A DNA stretch of 63,968 nt, counting the filler. It is 9 parts of 9 records of this genome, joined end to end, with 100 filler letters (N's around TTAATTAATTAA, not from the genome) between each part and the next. Parts side by side here need not be neighbours in the genome. Positions count along the whole stretch, not along the records: positions 7,587 to 14,280 come from SRR31156797_16345; positions 14,381 to 22,193 come from SRR31156797_16355; 7 more parts are not named here. One strand, given 5' to 3'. Below the pieces are notes generated by a model, which saw nothing but the letters and a program-made list of their open reading frames with translations, ran no database searches and had not been told where the DNA came from. Of the stretch, positions 9,650-18,487 are shown piece by piece; positions within the stretch are counted from its first letter, which is position 1, and each line of letters begins with the position of its first letter. Made by a program: the position numbers and the translations under genes.

Positions 9650-10264
9650 ATGCTCAAGGATATGACACTGGAAGAATTCAGCCGTGCGTTGGCGGCTCGC
9701 AAAGCAGCTCCGGGAGGTGGCAGTGTAAGTGCGCTGGCCGGCGGTTTGGCGGCTGCCCTGTCGACCATGGTTGCGGAGTTTACGCTGGCCAAGGAGAAAT
9801 TTGCGGATCGAAGGCCGGAAATGGAGCGGCTTCGCGTTGACACCGAGCAATTACGGAATCAATTGATTACAGCCGTGGACCGGGATGCCCAAAGCTACCG
9901 TGGGGTGCTTGCCGCGTTCCGCCTTCCGAAAACAACGGACGAGGAGAAGCAAAGGCGAAGCGAAGCCGTTCAAAAGGCTTTTCGAAAGGCTACTGAGGTC
10001 CCTTTGGAGATCGCCCGGTATTGTTTGGATGTACTGACGTTAACCGAAGTTGCGGTCAAACAAGGGAACCCGGACATGATCACCGATGCCGGCGTGGGTG
10101 TTCTTCTGGCCCGTTCAGGCGCTCTGGGTGCCCTGATGAACGCGGAGTTCAACCTTGGCAGTTTGAAAGACGAATTTCTGGTTGCCGAGTTGAAAGAACA
10201 AATAAAAGAGGTCAAAGACGTTGTGATCCAGAAGGAAAGAGTACTCCTCGAATCGTTGGGGTAA
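9650..10264 (+). CDS. Formiminotetrahydrofolate cyclodeaminase family protein
   Basis: APGGGSVSALAG, AFRLPKTTDEEK, GNPDMITDAGVG; follows hutI. Confidence 0.9.
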   Translation: MLKDMTLEEFSRALAARKAAPGGGSVSALAGGLAAALSTMVAEFTLAKEKFADRRPEMERLRVDTEQLRNQLITAVDRDAQSYRGVLAAFRLPKTTDEEKQRRSEAVQKAFRKATEVPLEIARYCLDVLTLTEVAVKQGNPDMITDAGVGVLLARSGALGALMNAEFNLGSLKDEFLVAELKEQIKEVKDVVIQKERVLLESLG

Positions 10265-10418
10265 AGAAAAAAGCACACCCGGCCCGGGCGTTTCAAATCC
10301 CTTCGTACATAGGGTGGCATTTCTCACCTACACAGATACAATTTTGTTTTAAACTTTTTCGTTCGATTACAATTCTGAAAATCGATTGCTAAATCTTTTT
10401 AGACGATGGGTTTTTTTA

Positions 10419-10471
10419 TTGACAGCCCGCCGCTGATCTCGCTATGGTAAAGAAAAAACCGGTCGACCGGT
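10419..10471 (+). promoter_or_regulatory. Sigma70 promoter (TTGACA-N18-TATGGT) and 14-bp perfect palindrome ACCGGTCGACCGGT (putative TetR operator, 10458-10471)
   Basis: Seen directly upstream of tetR. Confidence 0.7.
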
Positions 10472-10522
10472 AGGATAAACATATATAAATAATTAAATTA
10501 AATATATAAAATGGCTTTTTAA

Positions 10523-11083
10523 ATGAAAAACAAAATTAAAAAATCAGCAATTAACCTCTTTTATAAAAAGGGCTACTTTGCCACCAGTCTAAGTGCCATC
10601 GCCAACGTTACAGGCATCCGGAAGTCAAGCATTTACCATCACTATCCAACAAAGGAAGACATTTTGCTGGATATTTTCAGAACGACGATGAATGACCTGC
10701 AAGACAGTTTGGAAAAGCGGTTGAACGATGCCACCGGTGCTGAAGAAAGAATCAAGGCGGTGATTTATTGCCATGTCCTTTTTCATATCAAGCAGCAGAA
10801 AGAGGCGATCATCGCCGACAGCGAACTGAGGGGGCTTACGGCAAAAAACTACAAGGAGATCATCCAGATGAGGGATGACTATGAAAAGGTCGTCTTGAAT
10901 GTTTTGGAGGAAGGCGTGGCAGAAGGCGTCTTTGCCGAAACGGACACAAAGGTTATCTCCTATGCCATCTTGTCTATGTGCACCTCGGTCTGTACCTGGT
11001 TCAAAAAATCTGGACGCTTGTCAAAGGAAGAGGTCGCAGATCTGTATGCCGGGTTCATACTGAAAGGACTGGCAAAAAACTGA
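10523..11083 (+). CDS. TetR/AcrR-family regulator (KstR2/PaaR-like C-terminus)
   Basis: HTH LFYKKGYFATSLSAIA...SIYHHYPTKEDIL; C-terminal WFKKSGRLS. Confidence 0.92.
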   Translation: MKNKIKKSAINLFYKKGYFATSLSAIANVTGIRKSSIYHHYPTKEDILLDIFRTTMNDLQDSLEKRLNDATGAEERIKAVIYCHVLFHIKQQKEAIIADSELRGLTAKNYKEIIQMRDDYEKVVLNVLEEGVAEGVFAETDTKVISYAILSMCTSVCTWFKKSGRLSKEEVADLYAGFILKGLAKN

Positions 11084-11182
11084 GATATCACTTTTCTAAG
11101 ATTAGCAAGCGGGAGGGGGTGAGAAAAGGAGGATGTTGAAATGAGATAGAAAATTTAACACCAAACACGCAAGGAGAGGAAA

Positions 11183-12220
11183 ATGGCTAAACGATTGGGA
11201 AGCAACATCACGATCTGCCTGGTATCGGTTTTTGTATGTTTGTTCGCTTTGTCCTTCATCGTAGACGATGCTCAATGCAAATCCTACAAATGGAAAATCA
11301 GCCAAGGAATTGCTGAAGATCATCCAGCCTCTGCCAGGTGCAAGCAGTTTGCGGAACTCGTTGGCGAAAAATCCGGCGGAAAGATCAATTTGACCTATTT
11401 CCCGTCGGGTGCTCTTGGCGACTGGATGGAGCAAATCGAAGCCAACCGAATGGGCACACTGGAGATCGGACTCAACGCAGGCTCCACCTCCTATGATCCA
11501 AGAACGAACCTGATGTTTATGCCCTACCTTTTCGCTACCTGGGATGAAGCCCGTGCCGCAATCGGGTCTAAAGGCTGGCTCACGCCAATATTTGATGACC
11601 TCTATTCACAGATCGGCCTCAAAGTCCTCGGTATCTATCTGAATGCATGGGACGGTATGGCTTATACGAAAAGGGTCCAAAAAGTTGCCAAAGTCCCGGT
11701 AGATTACGCGGGTATTAAAATGCGTGTGCCCCCCATACGAATTTTCGAAGTTTATGTGCCCTCGCTAGGGTTTATCTCTACGCCTATCGCCTATTCAGAG
11801 ACCTTTACAGCACTTCAAACAGGAATCGTCGACGCGAGATCCGCATGCCCGGCCGTTGAAGCCTACGTCATGCGCGATGCGCTCTCGTATTGGGTGGCGA
11901 CGCGCGATTGCTTTGAATATTGGTTTTTAACGATGAACAAAAAGCTTTGGGACTCTTTGTCTGAGGAAGACAAGGCGATTTTGAGCAGTGCCGCGGATAA
12001 AGTCATGGGTGACCAGGCGCTTGCCGCAGAAAAAGATGAAAATGAGTTCAAGCAGAAACTGATCGATGCCGGTGTCAAGGTCCATGAGGTGAACGACGAG
12101 GAGTGGAAAGCAGGGGCCAAGAGGGTACGTGAAAAAGCCTGGCCGGTGATTCAGGAAGAATTGCTAGGGTCCGTGCTGATGGAGAAAGTGAAAGCCCACG
12201 CAACCAAACTTCCCGAATAA
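11183..12220 (+). CDS. dctP: TRAP transporter substrate-binding protein DctP
   Basis: Signal peptide, FPSGALG, MPYLF, GIKMRVP, ETFTALQTGIVD. Confidence 0.92.
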   Translation: MAKRLGSNITICLVSVFVCLFALSFIVDDAQCKSYKWKISQGIAEDHPASARCKQFAELVGEKSGGKINLTYFPSGALGDWMEQIEANRMGTLEIGLNAGSTSYDPRTNLMFMPYLFATWDEARAAIGSKGWLTPIFDDLYSQIGLKVLGIYLNAWDGMAYTKRVQKVAKVPVDYAGIKMRVPPIRIFEVYVPSLGFISTPIAYSETFTALQTGIVDARSACPAVEAYVMRDALSYWVATRDCFEYWFLTMNKKLWDSLSEEDKAILSSAADKVMGDQALAAEKDENEFKQKLIDAGVKVHEVNDEEWKAGAKRVREKAWPVIQEELLGSVLMEKVKAHATKLPE

Positions 12221-12276
12221 TCCAATTTTTGTGTCCATAAGTCGGTCATTTGTCGTGCAACGATGGGGTTTATATC

Positions 12277-12304
12277 GTGAGGGCTGAAAGATATCGGCCC
12301 TCAC
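12277..12304 (+). terminator. Intergenic stem-loop after dctP
   Basis: GTGAGGGCTGA-AAGATA-TCGGCCCTCAC with no U-tail; more likely an mRNA-stabilising hairpin. Confidence 0.5.
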
Positions 12305-12319
12305 CTAAACAAAGGAAGA

Positions 12320-12868
12320 TTGGAACCCGCCATGTCATGGAACTCGATCGGTCAGGTTTTTAAAGTATCTGACCACTTTTTTGATAAAACCGCCAGTGTA
12401 CTGATCATCATCGGTGGCGTAAGCGTGACGCTGACAGTCGTATTGCAAGTCCTTTTGCGGTATATCTTCAAGGTTCCACTTTTTGGATTAGAAGAATTCT
12501 CAAGATTGATTGGCGTTTGGGTATACTTTATAGGTGCAATATTCGGGACCAAATATGACTCGCATGTGCAGGGTGACGTCGCGGGGAGAATTTTCTCCAC
12601 GGACCGATCAAGGTCTGTAATCAAGGCGATCGCCTGGACAATCAGTCTTTTCGTCTGTTTTCTCTTTCTCTACCACTCCGCGACATACAGCATCTGGCTC
12701 TACGGGACCGGTGAAAGAACCACGGGTTTATGGTGGCCGAGAATATACAGTGTCGGCAGTATGCTTTTCGGTGCCTTTTTCATGACCTTTTATAGCATCG
12801 CCAATGTGATCAAATATGCAGGGGCAGCGATAAGCAATACGAAATCTGCGACGGGGGGTGTAAAATGA
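12320..12868 (+). CDS. dctQ: TRAP transporter small permease DctQ
   Basis: Four TM segments, QVLLRY...GLEEFSR...HVQGD. Confidence 0.9.
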   Translation: MEPAMSWNSIGQVFKVSDHFFDKTASVLIIIGGVSVTLTVVLQVLLRYIFKVPLFGLEEFSRLIGVWVYFIGAIFGTKYDSHVQGDVAGRIFSTDRSRSVIKAIAWTISLFVCFLFLYHSATYSIWLYGTGERTTGLWWPRIYSVGSMLFGAFFMTFYSIANVIKYAGAAISNTKSATGGVK

Positions 12869-14166
12869 CGGTTGTCATCGTTGTAATGGCTCTGGTCGTC
12901 GTGATCATGTTGCTGGGGGTGCCGGTGGGATTTTCTTTTGGTTTGGGAGGATTTGCCATTCTGGCGATAACCGGACTTGACCCGCGGTTTGCCATACCGG
13001 CCGCATTCCGAAACCTGGAATCCTATACCCTGCTTGCCCTTCCTCTTTTTATCATGGCAGGCGGACTGATGCGCGACGCGGATATCTCCAGGCGCCTGAT
13101 CGCCTTTACAATGGCCTTTTTGGGCCGGATCAAAGGGGGGCTCGGGATGGTCTGTGTGGTCTCCTGCACCATCTTCGGCGCTATCTCCGGGTCCGCTTCC
13201 GCGGCCATTGCCGCCATCGGATCCGTAATGATACCGGAAATGGTCGATCAAGGATACTCAAGGGGATACTCCACGGGGCTGGTGGCAGCTTCGTCCATGT
13301 TGGCCCTGCTCATCCCCCCCAGCATTCCCATGATTGTTTTTGCCATGACGGCCCAGATATCCATTCTGGCTGCATTTCTAAGCACACTCATCCCGGGAAT
13401 TTTAATGATGACGGTATATTGCATTATCAACCTCATCATGAGCCGACGAATGAAGGCATTGAAGGTTGCCCCCAAAATGCCTCTCTCGCAGACAGTCGGA
13501 GAGGTCGGCCGTTCAACCAGACATGCGGGATTTGCCCTTTTCATGCCGGTGCTTGTCCTCGGAGGCATATACGGCGGCGTTTTTACACCGACCGAGGCTG
13601 CCGGGATGTCAGCGGTGTATGCCGTGTTTGTTGGGTTTGTCGTTTACAAAAAAATGACTTTGAAGGGGATGTGCAACAATATTAAAAATTCCATGGTGAC
13701 TTCGGGAGTCGTCATGATTCTGCTTTTTTTTATCCTCATGGTGAGCAGAATCATGGTGACCTACCAAGTTCCCCAACAATTGACAGAATTCATTTTCAGC
13801 TTTACGACCAACAAATGGCTCGTTTTGATGATGTTGAACGTCATCCTTCTTTTGATGGGCATGTTGGTGGACGATGTGTCCGGAAATATCCTTTCGGCAG
13901 CAATCCTGTTGCCGATTGCCAAATCCGTTGGCATTGATCCCATTCATTTCGCGGCTATTTCCGTTACCAATTTATCGTTGGGAAACATCACCCCTCCTTG
14001 TGCTCCCATGCTGTACCTGGCGGGTTTGATCGGTGGAAATTTGCCCCTCAACGAATATGTGAAACCGGCTTCATATTTCATGATTTTCGGTGCGCTCCCT
14101 GTTATTCTGGCCGTCACCTATATTCCTGAATTCGCATTGGTGCTGGTAAATCTTTTCTTAAAATAA
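12865..14166 (+). CDS. dctM: TRAP transporter large permease DctM
   Basis: LLALPLFIMAG, FGAISGSA, LIPPSIP, GVFTPTEA, GNITPP. Confidence 0.95.
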   Translation: MTVVIVVMALVVVIMLLGVPVGFSFGLGGFAILAITGLDPRFAIPAAFRNLESYTLLALPLFIMAGGLMRDADISRRLIAFTMAFLGRIKGGLGMVCVVSCTIFGAISGSASAAIAAIGSVMIPEMVDQGYSRGYSTGLVAASSMLALLIPPSIPMIVFAMTAQISILAAFLSTLIPGILMMTVYCIINLIMSRRMKALKVAPKMPLSQTVGEVGRSTRHAGFALFMPVLVLGGIYGGVFTPTEAAGMSAVYAVFVGFVVYKKMTLKGMCNNIKNSMVTSGVVMILLFFILMVSRIMVTYQVPQQLTEFIFSFTTNKWLVLMMLNVILLLMGMLVDDVSGNILSAAILLPIAKSVGIDPIHFAAISVTNLSLGNITPPCAPMLYLAGLIGGNLPLNEYVKPASYFMIFGALPVILAVTYIPEFALVLVNLFLK

Positions 14167-14169
14167 AAC

Positions 14170-14280
14170 AGTGCCCATTCAGAAATGAAGGCGTTTGGTC
14201 GAGAGCAAGGCTTGCGAAAATTTTTTTTGGAGGCATATGGATTGATAATCCGAGGATAAAATTTTGAGCGTAACGCAGAT
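14170..14280. repeat. Probable MITE-like dispersed palindromic repeat, cut by the contig end
   Basis: Non-coding, with internal symmetry (AAAATTTT twice around a GGATT-GAT-AATCC hairpin); the assembly breaks inside it; resembles from memory ~140-bp repeats of Desulfobacterales. Confidence 0.45.
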
Positions 14281-14380
14281 NNNNNNNNNNNNNNNNNNNN
14301 NNNNNNNNNNNNNNNNNNNNNNNNTTAATTAATTAANNNNNNNNNNNNNNNNNNNNNNNNNNNNNNNNNNNNNNNNNNNN
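14281..14380. other. Artificial contig spacer
   Basis: N-run + TTAATTAATTAA + N-run. Confidence 0.99.
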
Positions 14381-14766
14381 AAGATTGCTCTAACACTTGG
14401 TTTTTTTAGAGCAATTGTTCTATGGTCTAATTGCGTTTCTAATTTAGCGTTAATTTTTCTTTTATTTATGTCAAATGGTAATGTGTCATATTTTGCATCT
14501 CCAAGTATTTTGATTTCCTCTACTTGAACCTCTACGCCACCTGGTGCTTTTGGATTAGCTTCTCTTTTACCAACAGCCTCAACTGACATCTCTACTCTAA
14601 GTGTATCAGCCTGTTCTTTAGTACAAACTAACTGCATAACTCCTGTTTTATCTTTAAGAATAACAAAGTTAACCTGTCCAAGGCTGTTAATTTTATGTAC
14701 CCATCCACATACCTTTAATGTTTCCTCTTCTGATTTAAATACGTCTTTTACAAATGTTCTTTGCAT
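14381..14766 (-). CDS. aspS: Non-discriminating (archaeal/clostridial-type) aspartate--tRNA(Asn) ligase, N-terminal part
   Basis: OB-fold GWVHKINSLGQVNFVILKDKTG, NPKAPGGVEV, LDHRTIALKKPSVRAI; RBS GGAGGG; Asn specifier upstream. Confidence 0.82.
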
Positions 14767-14781
14767 GATCTTTCCCTCCTG

Positions 14782-14837
14782 AAGTGTTTTTCTAAAGTTG
14801 GAATGTTTTAATCCAACTTTGGTTTAGAAAAATACTT
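14782..14837 (-). repeat. Long inverted repeat directly 5' of the aspS RBS
   Basis: AAGTGTTTTTCTAAA-GTTGGA...TCCAAC-TTTGG-TTTAGAAAAATACTT (plus strand). Confidence 0.8.
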
Positions 14838-14975
14838 AATAATCTTTTAATATTAATTTTTTATCATCCTTTATAAAATATAAGGATAGTATTTTTACAA
14901 TTAAGAATAAACTGTAACTAGTCAGTTTATATCGGGGGTATCTGCAATTATTTATTTAATTTAAAAAATTACAAT

Positions 14976-15022
14976 AAAAAAATGCTCCCCACAATATCCA
15001 TTACAATATACGTGAAGAGCAT
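14976..15022 (-). terminator. Leader terminator of the aspS T-box
   Basis: Minus strand ATGCTCTTCAC...GTGGGGAGCAT followed by a U-tract. Confidence 0.8.
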
Positions 15023-15272
15023 AGTATTTTTAATTTTAATTAATATACTACTTAATAAGTTTGCTCGCTTCACTAAGTACGGAGTTTTACTCGATACTCG
15101 CCAACTGTAACGTATTGGTAACGTCTAAATCTACTAACTCTCAACTTGCCAGGTTGATAGCTTTTGGTTAGAAGCTCGGAAGGTGTTCTTCAATATAAGC
15201 GTCGTTGTCGGACTTTCACCATAACCGACTCGCTCTAAACTACTTCTTATATCTACTCTCCTCGTCATTGCC
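14976..15272 (-). ncRNA. T-box riboswitch leader with Asn (AAC) specifier; no canonical UGGNACC antiterminator bulge
   Basis: Stem I (about 15174-15272) has a GA/K-turn, AGUA/GAA S-turn, AG bulge, GGUGAAA loop and specifier loop GAAGAACA; Stem II has AGUA; IIA/B pseudoknot CGT-taCCAAt-ACG-ttacag-TTGG. Confidence 0.85.
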
Positions 15273-15360
15273 TTTTAAGCTACTAGAATTATATAATTCC
15301 AGTATTATATTCAATTGTTTTTAAGAGGTTTTATCTTTCTCGTCCTCTTTAGATAGGAAA

Positions 15361-15389
15361 AGTATACTATTTTTCTGGACAAGTGTCAA
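15361..15389 (-). promoter_or_regulatory. Sigma70 promoter for the T-box/aspS transcript
   Basis: TTGACA-N17-TATACT on the minus strand. Confidence 0.85.
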
Positions 15390-15627
15390 GAAATTTTTCC
15401 CCGTATATTTTCAATAAAATTTAATAATTTATTAAAGAAAACATATCAAATATAACTTGAGAATTAGTATTAAACAAATAACTCACTAATATTTAACATT
15501 AGTTTGCTAAAATAATTAAAAATAACACTTTAGCTTAGTATTAGATATACTATTTATTAATTATCTCATGTTGACTTTTTAATTAATAATGTTGTAAATT
15601 ATATATATAAAGGCAGTTGAAAGTAAG

Positions 15628-16416
15628 GTGACTCAAATGAAATTTATACATAGACTATTAATTTTTTTTCTGGTACTAATCTCAAGTGTAAAAGTAACTT
15701 TTTCAACAGAAACAATTAGTGCAATAGGTCACCATGACTATGCACCGTGGAATTGGGAACATAATGGAAAGTATATCGGTGCAGCAGTAGAAGTATCAGA
15801 AGTTTTATTTAAAAGACTTGGCATCGAAGTTGATGCAACTTTTATCGGTCCATGGAAAAGAGGACAAGAGTATATAAGAAGAGGTCATGCCGATCTGGTT
15901 GTTTGCGGTTTCATAAACGAAGACAGAAAAAGCTATTCCGAATTTATTATGACTCCTATGGGATTTATTGAGCAAGCTATCTTTGTAAAAAAAGGAAAAG
16001 AGTTTGAATTCAATTCATGGAAAGATTTGAGAAGTAAAAAAATTGGACTTGCTCTCGGAGTTAGTATCGGGCAAGAATTTGATACATTTCTTAAGAAAAA
16101 TACCATTGTAGAAAGAAGAAGAAATTATGAAATTCTTTTTAATATGTTAAATCACGAGAGAATCGACGCAGTTGCAATCGGTAGATATTCTGGAAGAGCT
16201 ATTCTTGAAACACTCAACTTACAGAACGATATTGTTGATTTAAATAAACCAATTTTAACTGGAAATCTATACATATTCATGTCAAAAAAATCTAAGTATC
16301 TACACACTCTCCCTAAAATAGAAAAATTCATTCAAGAAGATGGATATTATGAATGGGTTGAGGAATTATTAAATAAATACACTAAAATTTATGCGGAAAC
16401 TTCTGCTAAAAAATAA
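15628..16416 (+). CDS. Family-3-type extracellular solute-binding protein (orphan)
   Basis: Signal peptide, DYAPW, GPWKRG...GHADL, SWKDLRSKKIG, RIDAV. Confidence 0.8.
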   Translation: MTQMKFIHRLLIFFLVLISSVKVTFSTETISAIGHHDYAPWNWEHNGKYIGAAVEVSEVLFKRLGIEVDATFIGPWKRGQEYIRRGHADLVVCGFINEDRKSYSEFIMTPMGFIEQAIFVKKGKEFEFNSWKDLRSKKIGLALGVSIGQEFDTFLKKNTIVERRRNYEILFNMLNHERIDAVAIGRYSGRAILETLNLQNDIVDLNKPILTGNLYIFMSKKSKYLHTLPKIEKFIQEDGYYEWVEELLNKYTKIYAETSAKK

Positions 16417-16431
16417 TATTAAGGAGATTTT

Positions 16432-17520
16432 ATGAAAAAACTTAGTATTCTTTCACTTATACTTATCTACTCGGTATTTTCATACTCGCAAACAAAAATT
16501 ACATTTATTAATCCGGGAAAAAGCAGTGAGGAGTTTTGGATAAATGTATCAAATTTTATGCGTGCTGCTGCTGAAGATTTGGATCTAAACTTAGAAATAA
16601 TTTATGCTGAGCGAAGTAGTGAAAATGTTGAAATAATAACAGATAGTTTAATTAGAAGAAAAATCAAACCTGATTATCTTATAATTGTTAATGAAAATTT
16701 AGAGGCTCCGGAAATTATTGAGATAAGTGATCTGAATAAAATCAATACTTTTTTGATCTACAATGATTTAAATAGTGAACAAAAAGAAGAGTTACTTGAG
16801 CCAAGAGTAATATACGATACGTGGCTGGGAACTTTAACCCCGGATAACTTCGAAGCTGGTTATTTACTCGCCGATTATTTAATAAAAAATACTGTTAAAG
16901 AAAAAGAAAAGCTAAATATGATTGCAATTTCTGCTAATCAAATTACTCCCTCTTCCATCGAGAGACTTGAAGGCTTGAAACTGGCAGTCTTTGAGAATAA
17001 TAATATAGAACTTTTAGAAACTATTTATGCAAATTGGGATGAAAAACAAGCATATGAACTAACTAAAAATATGCTTGATAAATACAATGACATTGACATT
17101 ATTTGGTCTGTCAACGATCCTGCTGCACAAGGAGCTATTAGAGCTATAAAAGAATACGGTTTAGAACCGGGAAAAGATATAATTATCGGTGGAATTAACT
17201 GGGATTTCTCAACACTTGATAGAATTAAAAATGACGAAATGTTATGCTCTGTTGGTGGTCATTTTATGATAGGAGCTTGGACTCTTGTTATGTTAAAAGA
17301 TCTTTCTGAAGGGATTGACTTTGTTGATGAAACTAAAATAACTGAACTAAAAATAAATATTTTTGAAACAATAGACAGAGAAAACGTTGAAACATATTTA
17401 TCTTATTTCCCTAATTCTAATTGGAATAAAATTAATTTTAGAAACTTCTCAAAATTCTACAATACAAATATTGAAAACTATAACTTTAACTATGATAAAA
17501 TCGTAGAAAATATAGAATAA
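16432..17520 (+). CDS. Periplasmic binding protein type 1 (sugar-binding-like; orphan)
   Basis: FINPGKSSEEFW...FMRAAAEDL, PDNFEAGY, IIWSVND, GGINW, SVGGHF. Confidence 0.82.
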   Translation: MKKLSILSLILIYSVFSYSQTKITFINPGKSSEEFWINVSNFMRAAAEDLDLNLEIIYAERSSENVEIITDSLIRRKIKPDYLIIVNENLEAPEIIEISDLNKINTFLIYNDLNSEQKEELLEPRVIYDTWLGTLTPDNFEAGYLLADYLIKNTVKEKEKLNMIAISANQITPSSIERLEGLKLAVFENNNIELLETIYANWDEKQAYELTKNMLDKYNDIDIIWSVNDPAAQGAIRAIKEYGLEPGKDIIIGGINWDFSTLDRIKNDEMLCSVGGHFMIGAWTLVMLKDLSEGIDFVDETKITELKINIFETIDRENVETYLSYFPNSNWNKINFRNFSKFYNTNIENYNFNYDKIVENIE

Positions 17521-17542
17521 ACAGTATTTTTAAAGTAATCAT

Positions 17543-17586
17543 AAAAAACTCCATTATCAAAATTTAAATGATAATGGAGTTTTTTT
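17543..17586. terminator. Bidirectional terminator between convergent genes
   Basis: AAAAAACTCCATTATCA...TGATAATGGAGTTTTTTT. Confidence 0.85.
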
Positions 17587-17587
17587 A

Positions 17588-18235
17588 TTACTCTATTTTT
17601 TCTTTAAGTAAATAATTATAAATTCCAGCTGCTCCTAAAGCTCCAAGTATAGGTGCAGCTATATATAACCACAAATGTTGAAAGTTCATCATTGCTACTG
17701 CAGGCCCTATTGATCTGGCAGGGTTCATTGAAGCTCCTGTTACCAGATCTCCAAACATAGCTTCAACAGCAATTGTAAATCCTATCGCTATTCCCGCTAA
17801 TATTCCCTTCTCTTTTGACCCAGTTGATACTCCTAAAATTACTAACATAAGAAACAGTGTTAAAAGAAATTCAAATACAAAAGCCTGTGAAACTCCAAAT
17901 GAAGGTCCTGTCATACCAAGTCCTTTACTTGCAGGAAATAAAAATTTAACTGTAAAGCTTCCTGTAATCGCTCCCGTTATTTGAGCAATTATATAGGGAA
18001 AAATTTCTTTTTTATTAAGTTTACCTAAAGATGCAAATGCTAGGGTCACCGCCGGATTAAAGTGGGCTCCGCTTATATCTCCAAATGCATAAATCAAAGC
18101 TGTTATTACAAAGCCAAATGTTAAAGCTATTTCAACTGTTCCGAATTTTCCCGTTAGTTCCCTTACAACAATTACTCCTGTTCCCATTAATACTAAAAAA
18201 AACGCACCTAAAAATTCACTTATATATTTTCTCAT
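17588..18235 (-). CDS. MIP-family aquaporin (NIP-like)
   Basis: SGAHFNPAVT and GASMNPARS NPA motifs; RBS AGGAGG before ATG 18235. Confidence 0.93.
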   Translation of the reverse strand: MRKYISEFLGAFFLVLMGTGVIVVRELTGKFGTVEIALTFGFVITALIYAFGDISGAHFNPAVTLAFASLGKLNKKEIFPYIIAQITGAITGSFTVKFLFPASKGLGMTGPSFGVSQAFVFEFLLTLFLMLVILGVSTGSKEKGILAGIAIGFTIAVEAMFGDLVTGASMNPARSIGPAVAMMNFQHLWLYIAAPILGALGAAGIYNYLLKEKIE

Positions 18236-18487
18236 ATTACTCCTCCTAATTTTATTTTCATAAATATCATGCAAAATTTGCAAAAAAATTATGAATCTAA
18301 ACTTAAATATTTATTATATTTTAATTATACTAATATTATTTGTGTGATACTTGTAGTATTCTGATAATACTTGTAAATTTTTATTGACTTTTACATTTAT
18401 TTATATGATAATATAGTTTGATTTTCAAAGTACAGAGGTTTTATTCTAAATAACTTAAAATAAAGAGAAAAATAAATGAGGTGTGTT

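Noticed and set aside
7535-13947. Many overlapping alternative-frame or antisense ORFs over the hut and TRAP genes
   Set aside because: GC-rich shadow ORFs fully overlapping well-supported genes.
15098-15106. UGGC in the T-box leader as a displaced tRNA(Asn) GCCA-binding bulge
   Set aside because: Its UUGG is accounted for by the Stem IIA/B pseudoknot (pairs with CCAA) and it lacks the ACC and flanking helices; not fully excluded.
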